A stretch of 64,000 bases of DNA, from the NCBI GenBank assembly GCA_964187785.1, contig OZ076415.1:24676001-24740000 (forward strand). Reading direction: 5' to 3'. Under the pieces are notes generated by a model. That model was given only the letters and a program-made list of their open reading frames with translations. It had not been told where the DNA came from and made no database searches. The position numbers were made by a program, and so were the translations under genes. Source of the DNA: Amphiscolops sp. MND2022 (lineage: Eukaryota). This document shows positions 33,759 through 47,057 of the stretch, in pieces. The first letter of the stretch is position 1, and each line of letters begins with the position of its first letter.

Positions 33759-36700
33759 ATTCGCACCGTATTACACTGTTAACCTCACTTATCCTAGCGA
33801 TGCTTTAAACAAGCCTACCAAATTTCTAATTTTTGAATCTATTTGTCAGTAGTACATATTTGCTAGCAATTTTTAAAGTTTCCGCCCATGTTTTCAAATT
33901 AGAAAGGAATAATTACTGACTGGAGGTGCGTATTTTTTTAAAAAAATTGAATTGCGATGTTCCAAATTTGAACCCAATAGGCAGAGGTTCTCCCACAGAA
34001 TTCAATCGAACTTTTATCAACTTAGTTTCCTGCATTATTTATTTGCAGAGATTTTGAACTTTTTCGGAAATGATGAAATTGACACCAAATTATTCAAAAT
34101 CCCAAAATATTCTAATTATCAAGTTTTTTATGCGATTTCTGTACAGTTTTCAAATATTTTGGTGGGTTAGCAAATCCAGGAGGAACGAGCCAGCTAACCA
34201 TGACGCTTTTCGAAAAGGGCACCAAAACTTTTGTTACAAATGATCCATCCTAAAATGATTCATTCTAAGCTAGCCAAAATTCCGAAATTACTTTTTTTCT
34301 CCTTATAAGAGCAATATTTGTAATTTTGAATTTTTTATCAAGTTAGAACTTCAAATTAGAAGTTAAGTTTTCAACTAAAACCAGCTATACAGTATGCTCT
34401 TTTGAATCGAAAATCAAAAAATGTGGATGAAAGGTGTCTTAAAATGCAGTTTTTGAATGATTTTTTTCCGGTAAAAAATTCACTGATTTCAACAACTAAA
34501 AGCCCGTTTCAGTACCCCCTATTAAAATGAAATCAGTAGAGCTTTGTTTAAAATGAAACATCTCAAAATGACCACGAAGTAGTTTAAACATGCAAAATGT
34601 ACATTACGAGAGTGAAAATGAACAGAATTTAAAACAACGAATCAACCCACTCCACAGTGCGCTTTTTTGAGGGGAACTCGGGAGTCTTTTGTTCGAGACA
34701 TGACTCAAAATAACAAAAAAGTAGTCAAAAAACGACCAATTTGTTACATTAGTTTTACTTTTTAACAATCGTCATAATTTTAAGTAGCCAACAATGTCGA
34801 TGAAAGCTCTCTAGTATGCTTTTCAGAAGGATATATTTGATTTCTAAATTCAAAATTTGCCCGAAATTTACTCAAATTATGAATCTTTTCCTACGTTTTC
34901 AGGTGTTTAATGCCTTAAAATGCCCTGGAAGCATTAAAAAAGCCCGAAAAAGGATAAATAAAAAGAGCAACGGTGAGCAGTCGGACCCTTGTGACCTTGA
35001 GCAAGTGACTTTGAAACCACAGCTTCAAGTCCACTATTACTTGACCACTTGGCTGCAAATATGGTACCATAGCTTGCTACGGGGATATAGTATCCAAAAG
35101 AGCGCCGGCTTAGAAAAGCAGAACTCCTTATCCAGTGTCCACCCCGCGGAATTGGGGAAATTAACTTTGTTCCCCTTTTTATGCGACTCTCCTCACATTA
35201 ATCAATCAATTAAGAACAAAACTGTGACTTCTACCGTCTCATTGTTTTAGATTCGATTTTATTGACAAGTTATTGTCATTCTCAAGTTCAATGCTCACTC
35301 GAAATTAGCTGTAGACAAATACTTTAAAAAAGCAAAAAAAACTCTAAGACATCAAAATGTGAGATAGGGAAACAACTAAGATAGGTGTGTAACTTTTTTG
35401 TGAACGTTCGAGGCATCCGTCGTACAACATTTGGCAAGAGAGCAAGAGAGCTCCATTTAGAATTGACAAAAAAGTAAACATTTTTGAGTACCTCATACAA
35501 ATGTTACTATTTTGTATATAAGAAAAAATGTTGCCGTTATCAAAACGTTATAACATCGCAGAAAGTTTGCCTACCATGGCTAAATGCATTTAGGGCATAA
35601 AGAGGGAGAAAATTGAGGCGTTTCATGTTGAAAGTGATCGATTTTCAACGTCGAATGCATCATTTTGGAACATATGAACCGTCTCTTAATTCAATTAGGA
35701 TATTCCAAAATTCCATAGTTTTTCCTCATCAGAAATTGCAGGAATTCGTGTTGTTGGTTAGCAATCAAACTAATTTATTGCGAAAACGACGACCGTTTGA
35801 ATATTCGGATCGCACACGCTTGCAACACAGTATCGTTCTAAAATAATGCAACTCCATTACTCAAAATGACAAAATTGAAAACCAAATGTCTCCTAAGCTA
35901 TCACAAATGGACAAAAATTGTCAGTTAAAAATTGTCAGTCAAAATAAACATAAAAATCTCCAATTGTCTATGTTTGGTACTCTAAGAGAGATCTGATTGA
36001 TTTTGATTGACAATGTTACCGTAGATTTCGGTATCGGTATTTGCACCGTATTACACTGTTAACCTCACTTATCCTAGCGATGCTTTAAACAAGCCTACCA
36101 AATTTCTAATTTTTGAATCTATTTGTCAGTAGTACATATTTGCTAGCAATTTTTAAAGTTTCCGCCCATGTTTTCATATTAGAAAGGAATAATTACTGAC
36201 TGGAGGTGCGTATTTTTTTTAAAAAATTGCGATGTTCCAAATTTGAACCCAATAGGCAGAGGTTCTCCCACAGAATTCAATCAAACTTTTATCAACTTAG
36301 TTTCCTGCATTATTTATTTGCAGAGATTTTGAACTTTTTCGGAAATGATGAAATTGACACCAAATTATTCAAAATCCCAAAATATTCTAATTATCAAGTT
36401 TTTTATGCGATTTCTGTACAGTTTTCAAATATTTTGGTGGGTTAGCAAATCCAGGAGGAACGAGCCAGCTAACCATGACGCTTTTCGAAAAGGGCACCAA
36501 AACTTTTGTTACAAATGATCCATCCTAAAATGATTCATTCTAAGCTAGCCAAAATTCCGAAATTACTTTTTTTCTCCTTATAAGAGCAATATTTGTAATT
36601 TTGAATTTTTTATCAAGTTAGAACTTCAAATTAGAAGTTAAGTTTTCAACTAAAACCAGCTATACAGTATGCTCTTTTGAATCGAAAATCAAAAAATGTG

Positions 36701-38209
36701 GATGAAAGGTGTCTTAAAATGCAGTTTTTGACAGTTTTTGAATGATTTTTTTCCGGTAAAAAATTCACTGATTTCAACAACTAAAAGCCCGTTTCAGTAC
36801 CCCCTATTAAAATGAAATCAGTAGAGCTTTGTTTAAAATGAAACATCTCAAAATGACCACGAAGTAGTTTAAACATGCAAAATGTACATTACGAGAGTGA
36901 AAATGAACAGAATTTAAAACAACGAATCAACCCACTCCACAGTGCGCTTTTTTGAGGGGAACTCGGGAGTCTTTTGTTCGAGACATGACTCAAAATAACA
37001 AAAAAGTAGTCAAAAAACGACCAATTTGTTACATTAGTTTTACTTTTTAACAATCGTCATAATTTTAAGTAGCCAACAATGTCGATGAAAGCTCTCTAGT
37101 ATGCTTTTCAGAAGGATATATTTGATTTCTAAATTCAAAATTTGCCCGAAATTTACTCAAATTATGAATCTTTTCCTACGTTTTCAGGTGTTTAATGCCT
37201 TAAAATGCCCTGGAAGCATTAAAAAAGCCCGAAAAAGGATAAATAAAAAGAGCAACGGTGAGCAGTCGGACCCTTGTGACCTTGAGCAAGTGACTTTGAA
37301 ACCACAGCTTCAAGTCCACTATTACTTGACCACTTGGCTGCAAATATGGTACCATAGCTTGCTACGGGGATATAGTATCCAAAAGAGCGCCGGCTTAGAA
37401 AAGCAGAACTGCTTATCCAGTGTCCACCCCGCGGAATTGGGGAAATTAACTTTGTTCCCCTTTTTATGCGACTCTCCTCACATTAATCAATCAATTAAGA
37501 ACAAAACTGTGACTTCTACCGTCTCATTGTTTTAGATTCGATTTTATTGACAAGTTATTGTCATTCTCAAGTTCAATGCTCACTCGAAATTAGCTGTAGA
37601 CAAATACTTTAAAAAAGCAAAAAAAACTCTAAGACATCAAAATGTGAGATAGGGAAACAACTAAGATAGGTGTGTAACTTTTTTGTGAACGTTCGAGGCA
37701 TCCGTCGTACAACATTTGGCAAGAGAGCAAGAGAGCTCCATTTAGAATTGACAAAAAAGTAAACATTTTTGAGTACCTCATACAAATGTTACTATTTTGT
37801 ATATAAGAAAAAATGTTGCCGTTATCAAAACGTTATAACATCGCAGAAAGTTTGCCTACCATGGCTAAATGCATTTAGGGCATAAAGAGGGAGAAAATTG
37901 AGGCGTTTCATGTTGAAAGTGATCGATTTTCAACGTCGAATGCATCATTTTGGAACATATGAACCGTCTCTTAATTCAATTAGGATATTCCAAAATTCCA
38001 TAGTTTTTCCTCATCAGAAATTGCAGGAATTCGTGTTGTTGGTTAGCAATCAAACTAATTTATTGCGAAAACGACGACCGTTTGAATATTCGGATCGCAC
38101 ACGCTTGCAACACAGTATCGTTCTAAAATAATGCAACTCCATTACTCAAAATGACAAAATTGAAAACCAAATGTCTCCTAAGCTATCACAAATGGACAAA
38201 AATTGTCAG
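33759..38209. repeat. Tandem duplication of a ~2.17-kb segment (33759-35924 and 36039-38209; period ~2.28 kb) adjoining the gap
   Basis: Near-identical copies differing by a few substitutions and two small indels (5 bp and 10 bp), with a ~115-bp spacer. Confidence 0.95.
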
Positions 38210-39874
38210 CTACAAAAATTTCTCAGAATTTTATTTAGGTTACAAAAAGGTTTATTTGAAATATCTACAACCCTTATTCAGAAAGTTGGAAATTGCAAAT
38301 TTTAGTTATTTCATAGGAAATAGTTTTTAATTCTTAGGAGGCTCAAATACAATTTTTGGTAATAAGTTTATTCGACGATTCGTTACAATCTGCCGAACCT
38401 ATCAAATTGTCCTGGTCGAGAATTGTTATTAATCAGAAATTATGCCCGATATTTTGTGTCAGAGCACTGCAGAACAAGTATAAAGATAAGCTATAAGAAT
38501 TGTACTAAAAAGTCTGATTTAATTGGAAATGAAAGTGTTTCAATCAAATCATATCAGCGCCCTTAGGCGATCTGGGGGCAAAGGATCAACTGAATGTTTT
38601 TCCGAAAGTTTTTCTCAACTTTGTGAAAATCGAGAAAACGTGCCATTTTAAAAAATTTTGTTAAATTTGCACAATCTAACTTTTATAATTTCGTCGCAAA
38701 AATTCAAACACTATCAAAATTACAAAAAAAGTATAAGAAGCTTTCATGGCTGACAATTTTTGAACTCATGACAGTTTCCAAATTATTTGGATTTAAAATT
38801 AGCAATTTTTAGCATTACCCTGGTTGAAATTGCTTGAAGTTTTTGTAGGTTACTCAGCTAGTTTTTCATGATTCTATAAAATTCTCAAAAACACTTCCCT
38901 GCAATAAAATTTCACTGATTCCATTTTATTTTATTAGGCTGCCTATAAGATGGGTCTCAAATTTGGTGGCAATTCCGAGGTTTCAATAAGAAGCAGCTCT
39001 TGTTTTGAAAGAATCATCAATTTTACCGCGATTTCAATGCAAATAAACTTCATTCACATTATAAATTTCAAAGTAGCGTCATATTCAGCGTGCTATTTGA
39101 CTAACTGTGACTAACTATAAGTTTACTCTTTTGAGAAACGTAAGCGTGAAAAAAGTGATCGCGACGATGTTGATGGGGAAATGTTTGCAGTTTTAATTGA
39201 GATAGCGGAAGTTGCAATGTAATTCTGCAAAATTTCTTCAAACAGGCTCCCAGATATTTCCATGTTTTGTAAAAAAATAGACTGCATGTTTCCAAGCAGC
39301 ATATGAAATGTTGAAACAATATCAACTATGGTAGAGTTGTGATTTTTTAGTAGAGAACCCTACTGTAAATAGCAATACAATAATACCCAAGCGGCCACAG
39401 GGGGGATAAGAACAAAATTCATTATAAGAAACGATACTGTTAGGTCGACATTGCTCGCGCTGAAGTTTTGGTCAATTAAAAATGTCGATATAAGACTTCT
39501 TTTTATATTGATTCACAGTTGAAAATTGCTCATTTTAATTTATTGCGGAGAAAACTTGCGTTAAAATAGAGGCTTTTCTTTACAATTTTAGCTTGTTCCA
39601 GTTGCGAATTTTTGCTTTTTTGTCAGATAAATATCAAAAAGTACGGATATTTTTTTGCTGCAAGTGTTAAAACAACTCTCAAGTATTTATGGCCATAAAA
39701 ATTTCTTTAATTCTCCCAGGAAGTTTTTTCAAGCATAAAAGTTTTTTAAGTATTGGAGTGATTAAGATATATGGTCCTATTACCCAACCCTGGTCATGTT
39801 ATTATACCCTGGAGTATGCAAAATATATGACTACAGGGATATTGCATCTAAGTATGTCGAAATTTGTTTTGCAG

Positions 39875-40051
39875 GTGTTCGACATGAAGGGAGACGGATT
39901 GATCACCAAGGCTGCATTTAGACACGTGCTGGCCAACCTGGGAGAAGACATTGACGGGGAAGATGTCGACAGAATCGTGGATGACGCAGACAAGGACGGA
40001 GATGGAAAACTAAACTTCCACGAGTTCAAACAACTTTTCAGCGACATGTAA
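39875..40051 (+). CDS. Terminal coding exon of a calmodulin-like EF-hand protein (C-lobe, EF3-EF4)
   Basis: Acceptor TTTGTTTTGCAG at 39863-39874, then VFDMKGDGLITKAAFRHVLANLGEDIDGEDVDRIVDDADKDGDGKLNFHEFKQLFSDM*. The upstream part of the listed ORF 39689-39874 looks intronic. Earlier exons were not found. Confidence 0.85.
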   Translation: MFDMKGDGLITKAAFRHVLANLGEDIDGEDVDRIVDDADKDGDGKLNFHEFKQLFSDM

Positions 40052-40081
40052 TCATTGCAGCATCACACAAACCCCCCTTTA

Positions 40082-40258
40082 TGACGTCACTGTTCACTAC
40101 CAACCTCGTCCTCTTCCTTTTAACTGACGTCATTGAAGAAAACGATTCATTATTGCGTCACTCAATCACATTTAAAATATTTGCCCATTTATGATGACGT
40201 CATTCGCCCAAGACTTTGTTGATGACGTCATTCACTCACGTTTTGATTGATGACGTCA
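40082..40258. promoter_or_regulatory. Cluster of five TGACGTCA (CRE-consensus) palindromes just 3' of the calmodulin-like stop codon
   Basis: TGACGTCA at 40082, 40125, 40195, 40223 and 40251; the last three are 28 bp apart. Function is not shown. Confidence 0.4.
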
Positions 40259-43200
40259 TTGATTTCGGAAGAAAAACTGTAGTGTTCGTTTTATTGCGTT
40301 TTAGCTTTCGTCGTTTCACTCATGCTAATCTTTCTGTGTCACCGAATGATTTTAGATGTAAAGTTTTTCTTACTACGCTTTCAGATTGTAATTGAATGGT
40401 AACTCGCATATCCCCTATTTTTTCAGTTCTTGCTTTTGACTGAAGTTCTCCTTAACAATTGGTAGTAGACGTTTTGTTTCTTTCACCGCAACATCAACCC
40501 ATGTTTCAATCGGAAAACTTCATTTTTGGATCTTCGAAAAAGTATTTGGGTCAAAAGGCCAGTTTTTATACAAAGTGAAAGTTAAAGATGCGAAACCTCT
40601 AAAGATAGTTTGGCTGTCAAAGCTTAGTTATCAAATTCAGAAATTGATAATTTTCACTACTTTTGGAACGCAGAAAATATGCTAGATTTCGAATAGCTGA
40701 AATAATAAATAACAATTTCCTGTGGTTCTATTTCGTCTGAAAAACATAAAACTGTAGAACCAAATCGCTTACACTTTTTCTCAGTTTCGTCGGTATCGTA
40801 TCCCAAACAAATACAATGATTCTGTGGAAACTTTTTCCTCGGTGGTAATAAAAAATTCATCTCTGGCGCATTTACGTTCTAACTGTTAGCTCGTCATCAA
40901 CTGTCAATCATATCTCTTCAATCAAGAGCGATGCCACTTAGAATGAAGCGGTCACTTCTTTTGTTGCTGAAAGATCATAGCTTAAGAATTTTTTCAAAAC
41001 AATTACATTGTCTTTTTCGGAACTGTTTACATACCGAAGAACGTCCGTTCTGATTCAAAAGCCGTCTTTTTCAGCAAACGTTGCCGGGAAAGAAATGAGG
41101 CGACGCAAATGCTATCAGTTTACATAAAATCGCTTTCAAAGGTTGGTTTGGTTTTTCTTCGGTTCCTCGTTTTTCTCTAAAAAGTAAAAATGTGCGTTGT
41201 TTCTGAGTATGGTACTACCAATCTGGATTTTGCTCGATTTTGTGCGGAATAATCCAATCGCTAAACCCAGACTGCAGACCTCGGGCCTCAAATTTTGTTA
41301 GCCCTGATTTCTTTCATCTTTCCACTCTGAAAAACACATCAACAATGAAGCGGTCGGTTATAACATTTATGGTTCGGAAAAATTACGACTTTTACTATTA
41401 TCACTTGTAAGAAATATGAGGTAAACAGCAATCGGCCATAATGTAGTCTGTTATACTTCCCACAATTATTTTTGGCAGCGAGAACAAACGATACGCGAAT
41501 GTCAGAATCAAAAGCCCAAACGTGATGGGACCCTTTAGTCTCATACAGTTTTGTGATATAGGTAAAATAGTAAAGTGAACAAAGGGGGACTCCGGAAACT
41601 CTTTAGATCTCAGGCAAGACGTCTCTGCAAAGTAAATCATCGGTGTTGGGAGAAAGAAGAAAAATGGCGTCACTAGGCATAACTGATTTTGATCAATACC
41701 TGTTTTAAACTTGTGTTAATTTTCTACATAGACTATCCAGCAACAATAAAATATTGACGCTTCAAGCTAGCAATGTCAGAAAGGCACAAAGTTGTCCTCG
41801 TTTGTCAATTTTATGCGACACCAATAAAAACGTTGGTTTTCAAACGTCCCTCTCCCAGAATCTGAAAATATTAGCTTTGTAGAAATATAGTCATTACTTT
41901 TCAAGATTTTAAGGTTTAATTATCTTCTTCATTTTGTTTCTTGCAGTCGAGGAAACAGGATTGTCATGTAACTAGAGGAGTAGTTGGTGTACTTCAGTAG
42001 CAAAAAGCAACACAACCTTGGTCGAAGGTATTTTTCATGGTATTCTTTACCAAGTACTTATCAATAGGATTCACAGCTTCAGAAATAGAAACGTTCCAAA
42101 AAGTTTGATTTCACCACCTGACAAAAACTCCGAAGCATTTTTGAGGTCGTATTAATTGTACGATGAAACAAGCCGGGAACTGCATAAAACGGCGCCCCGC
42201 GTAAGGCACCACAAAAAACGCAATTTACTTCTGATATAACGTCAAAAATTGGGAAATAGCGTGCTGGGCGAAACATCGCTTTTTTCGAAAAAAATAAAAA
42301 CCTTACAAACAATCACTATGATTGACACGTTTTTTAATTTCGGTAACCGCCGACAAAAAAGCGCCATGTTTTTATTTGTCTCTAAGCTTCTCAGACTTTT
42401 ACTTGACTCAGATTTTTGGTAACAACGCCGAGTAATTAGAGCCGTGTGAATAAAAATGGTCTATTCGGGAAAATTATTGAAACGAAAACAAATTCTCAAT
42501 TTATTTACTAATTCTCCAAAAAATCAAAATTGATGGAATAAATAATATCAAGAAGTCTCTAATACAGAGTGCCTCTTCCATTCCCAAGAATTGCTTCACG
42601 AAGAACATCTAGCAGTAGACTCATGTATCATTGATAACATCGAGGCCTGGAACCTGCGCCAGTCAAGTTCTGAAGATATTTTGCACCCTTTTCGAATCAC
42701 CAAATGAAAGTCTCGTGTGTATTCAAATGCGAATGCGGAACTTCGTTACGCTTAATAGCTATATTTGCTTTAGTCCGAGATTTAAAAGCGGTATAAACTG
42801 GTACAAAGATTAATTTTGCGATAAATAATTAAACAGGAGTGTATTGGTATTCCAGATATGATTCTATTATTTTTGAAAGATTAAAGCAAGAATAATAGTG
42901 TGCCCCGGAGTGGCATATTTTATTATTTGCGAAAATTCAATCATTGTTTCATCATGAAAATTGACATTCAAAAAATGTTGTTTCTAAAATGAGTTCTAAA
43001 GCAACTTTTATTTCTAAACTGCCCATGACGTTGGGTAAAAACAAATCTCGGAGTCCAAAACTGAGACGTATTTTCCGTACCAGGGTGATCGAACAAACGT
43101 GTCAGGGTTTCAGATGTTGTAAAACGACATAAAATAGTTTTTCAGATGATTCATTGATAAATCTATGTTCTTTCCTACCTCTGTGCCGAACTCTTTGACC

Positions 43201-43271
43201 TCCCGCGGTATTTCAGTTGGCACCATTGCCTCGGGAATTAGGATGATGATTGACATTGATGTGATGTTTCC

Positions 43272-43466
43272 TGTGCCATGATGTCATCTCATGTATTCAT
43301 TCTCATATTTGCTAAATTTAGAAGTTATGACGATTTATTACCATTCAATAGTACTCCTTGTGAAGTTATGCGCTGACCTATTCACTTGACCTTATTAGCA
43401 CGTTACAAAACAGAATAGAAGATTCAGCATCAAACTTTTTTCTCATATTATACATAAGATACAACA
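43272..43466 (+). repeat. 5' LTR (195 bp) of the old Gypsy element
   Basis: Shares blocks with 49782-49958 (TGATGTCATCTCA, CATTCTCA, CTCCTTG, CACGTTACAA.ACAGAATAGA, AAGATACAACA) but is strongly diverged. Confidence 0.65.
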
Positions 43467-44997
43467 TAACGCAGTAAGCAATATGGAAAATCAGAAATCA
43501 TCAGAGAGCATAAACTCTCGGGTGGAGAAGTCTCCGAAAGAGCAAATACAAAAACCGAAAAAACTCACCAAAAAAGTTACCAACATTTGAAAAACGTGGT
43601 ATACAAGAGGCGAAGTTATGGTGGAGAAGAGTCACACAAAACAATAATTTGACGCAGAACATCGACCTCAACGAACTGACGGCAAACTACAGACGGCGAG
43701 GATTTACCGAACTACAGGTAGGACTTGGAACTCCGGATAAAAGATTTATTCATCTGGGCGTTGGGTGAATCAGTGATAACTGAATTGACGACAACCGTTA
43801 GAGATAATGATCCAATTAAAACGGACAAAAACCAATTATATTCGCTGTCCCGATTACATTTCATACAAGAATGAAACAAAGTCCACAGCAGAGCAGACGT
43901 CTTCGGACTAACAAGAGAAAAACATGAAACGGCAGACGACCTGTGGACGGGAATATTACAAGTGGAAGAGAAGTTTGACTTCGAGAATGTGACACATGAC
44001 GAACTAGTAGCATCAAAGTGTTTGTCCCGGATCGGCAGATCAATACGCGACTACGAACTAAGGAAGAAAATTAGGAAAAGTGACATATCAATCGAAACAA
44101 TAAGAGCCTCAATACACGAACATATGTATGACCGACTAAATATTACAAACAACTCGAACGACGGAGAAGACAATAAACACGTAGAGGAACGACCATACAA
44201 AAGAAAATGGACAGATAAATCCGATGCGGACAGAACAAAAAAGTTTTTCAAAAAGACCAGAATTCCAACATGAAAAAAAAGAGAGAACCGTTTTGGACAA
44301 TGCGGCGCACCAAATCGGACGAGAGAACACGTATGTCGAGCAAAAACAGCAGAATATAGAAACTGTAAAAGGAGGGGAGAGTACAATACGTAGAAACAAC
44401 AACCTCATCCACAGAGAAGACGATAGGGTGTACGACAAAATTCATAAAATAAACGATACCAAACAGCAGGGAGGCTTCTACAAGGGAACACTATTGGTCA
44501 ACAATGTACCAATCAAATTCATCATCGATAGCGTTTCGCCAGTCACTTTCGTTCCGGAGTGCTTTATAACTACAATCAAACCACTTATAAAGATGTGAAC
44601 AATCAAAAGTATTATTTCGTTGGACAAACGAAAGCAACGGTCAAATCAAACGAAGAATCAATTGAATTGCCATCACTAATCACAAGAGCACAAACAGCTC
44701 GGCAATTTGGTTTGGATTGGATGCAACGGCTGAAAATAAACTTATGCTGAAATAACGATGCAATTCCAAGTCACAGTATAAGACTGGACTATAGAGAAGA
44801 GACTATAAAGTCTCCAGTACGACTTCAAAGATTTGTTTTACAATTAGGAAGAGATCAGAACCTCTCTGCTAAATTAAAGCTACACGATGGAGCACAAATA
44901 ATACAACAAAAAGGGCGACCAATCCCAATACTTATTCAAGACCAAGTACCACAGTAGATGAAACCACTGATAAAACACGGATACCTGGAAAGAGCAT

Positions 44998-47057
44998 CAG
45001 AAAATACCACAGACTGTTTTGTGAGCCCTGCAGTAATAACTCTGAAGAAAGATAAATCAGTAAAGACTGCTCTGGACTTCAGAAAACATAACGAGGTAGC
45101 ACTAAAAGGGATAAACACTAATGCCCCACATGGAGGAACTGATATCTCGAATATCACGAAAAACATCTGGAAGAACAGATAGAAATATTGGCCACAAAAT
45201 TTGAATTCAACAACGCATATGGGCAAATCATGTTGGACGAAAACACAAACAACCTTTGTATTTTTAACGTTACAGGAGGAGAGTTTACTGGATAAGACCG
45301 TTTCTTGATAGGTTTTTACGTACAGGCGGTTATTGCAACAGTATTCCAAGAACGGATAGACACAACACTGGACACAAACATCCGGGATGGCTAGACAACA
45401 TAATGATCGTCACGCAAGGAAACGGAAAAACACGAAGCAAAGTACGAGAAACAATGACGAAATTGGAACAAACTGGCAACAGACTAAACCCAAAAAAATA
45501 AGAATTTTTCGAAGCAGAAATCGAATGGGCGGGACACAAAATAGACCAACAAGGAAAACGACCACTACAAGATAGAATTAGAGTCAATAACCAAATTCAA
45601 TATACCCATAAACAAAAAGTTGAAGTCATTTCTAGATCAATACAAAACCTATCCAATTTCCTTGAAAAGTTGTCTGCAAACACCAACTAACCGATAAATC
45701 TTTTGTTGAAACAAAATGAATGGATATGGACAGAAGAACATACAAAACTATTCAACAAAATAAAAAAAGGTATCACCAAAAAACTTTGTCTAGCACACTA
45801 AAATGCGCAGAACGAAAACATCATTGCAACAGATGCCAGTAATAAAGGATTGGGATCAACACTGTGGCAGAAACAAAAGATGAAAAATTAAAATCAATTG
45901 GATTCGCGAGTAGATTCTCATCAGACACTGAAAAGAATTACGCAAAAGACGAGGTAGAACTACTGGCAGTAATATGGAGATTAAAACATTTCAGATTACA
46001 CATCGAACACTAATGAATTGTTTGAACAGAAAATACCACAGACTGTTTTGTGAGCCCTGCAGTAATAACTCTGAAGAAAGATAAATCAGTAAAGACTGCT
46101 CTGGACTTCAGAAAACATAACGAGGTAGCACTAAAAGGGATAAACACTAATGCCCCACATGGAGGAACTGATATCTCGAATATCACGAAAAACATCTGGA
46201 AGAACAGATAGAAATATTGGCCACAAAATTTGAATTCAACAACGCATATGGGCAAATCATGTTGGACGAAAACACAAACAACCTTTGTATTTTTACCGTT
46301 ACAGGAGGAGAGCTTACTGGATAAGACCGTTTCTTGATAGGTTTTTACGTACAGGCGGTTATTGCAACAGTATTCCAAGAACGGATAGACACAACACTGG
46401 ACACAAACATCCGGCATGGCTAGACAACATAATGATCGTCACGCAAGGAAACGGAAAAACACGAAGCAAAGTACGAGAAACAATGACGAAATTGGAACAA
46501 ACTGGCAACAGACTAAACCCAAAAAAAATAAGAATTTTTCGAAGCAGAAATCGAATGGGCGGAACACAAAATAGACCAACAAGGAACACGACCACTACAA
46601 GATAGAATTAGAATCAATAGCCAAATTCAATATACCCATAAACGAAAAAGTTGAAGTCATTTCTAGATCAATACAAAACCTATCCAATTTCCTTGAAAAG
46701 TTGTCTGCAAACACCAACTAACCGATAAATCTTATAAAGAAACAAAATGAATGGATATGGACAGAAGAACATACAAAACTATTCAACAAAATAAAAAAAG
46801 CGATCACCAAAAAACCTTGTCTAGCACACTACAATGCGCAGAACGAAAACATCATTGCAACAGATGCCAGTAATAAAGGATTGGGATCAACACTGTGGCA
46901 GAAACAAAAGATGAAAAATTAAAATCAATCGGATTCGCGAGCAGATTCTCATCAGACACTGAAAAGAATTACGCAATAGACGAGGTAGAACTACTGGCAG
47001 TAATATGGAGATTAAAACATTTCAGATTACACATCGAACACTAATGAATTGTTTGAG
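44998..47057 (+). repeat. Head-to-tail ~1.03-kb duplication of the RT/RNase H region (44998-46026 and 46027-47057)
   Basis: Near-identical copies sharing the same inactivating lesions, with CAGAAA microhomology at the boundaries. Confidence 0.9.

Noticed and set aside
34816-35250. 144-aa ORF, duplicated at 37101
   Set aside because: No recognisable motif; its recurrence is explained by the tandem duplication.
39689-39874. N-terminal 62 aa of the listed 120-aa ORF as real coding sequence
   Set aside because: No EF-hand similarity, and a good splice acceptor sits exactly where similarity begins, so it is most likely intron read in frame.
3102-39874. Upstream exons (EF1-EF2) of the calmodulin-like gene
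   Set aside because: The AG-bounded candidates I inspected (e.g. ~5845, ~22573, ~38938) did not encode EF-hand-like sequence.
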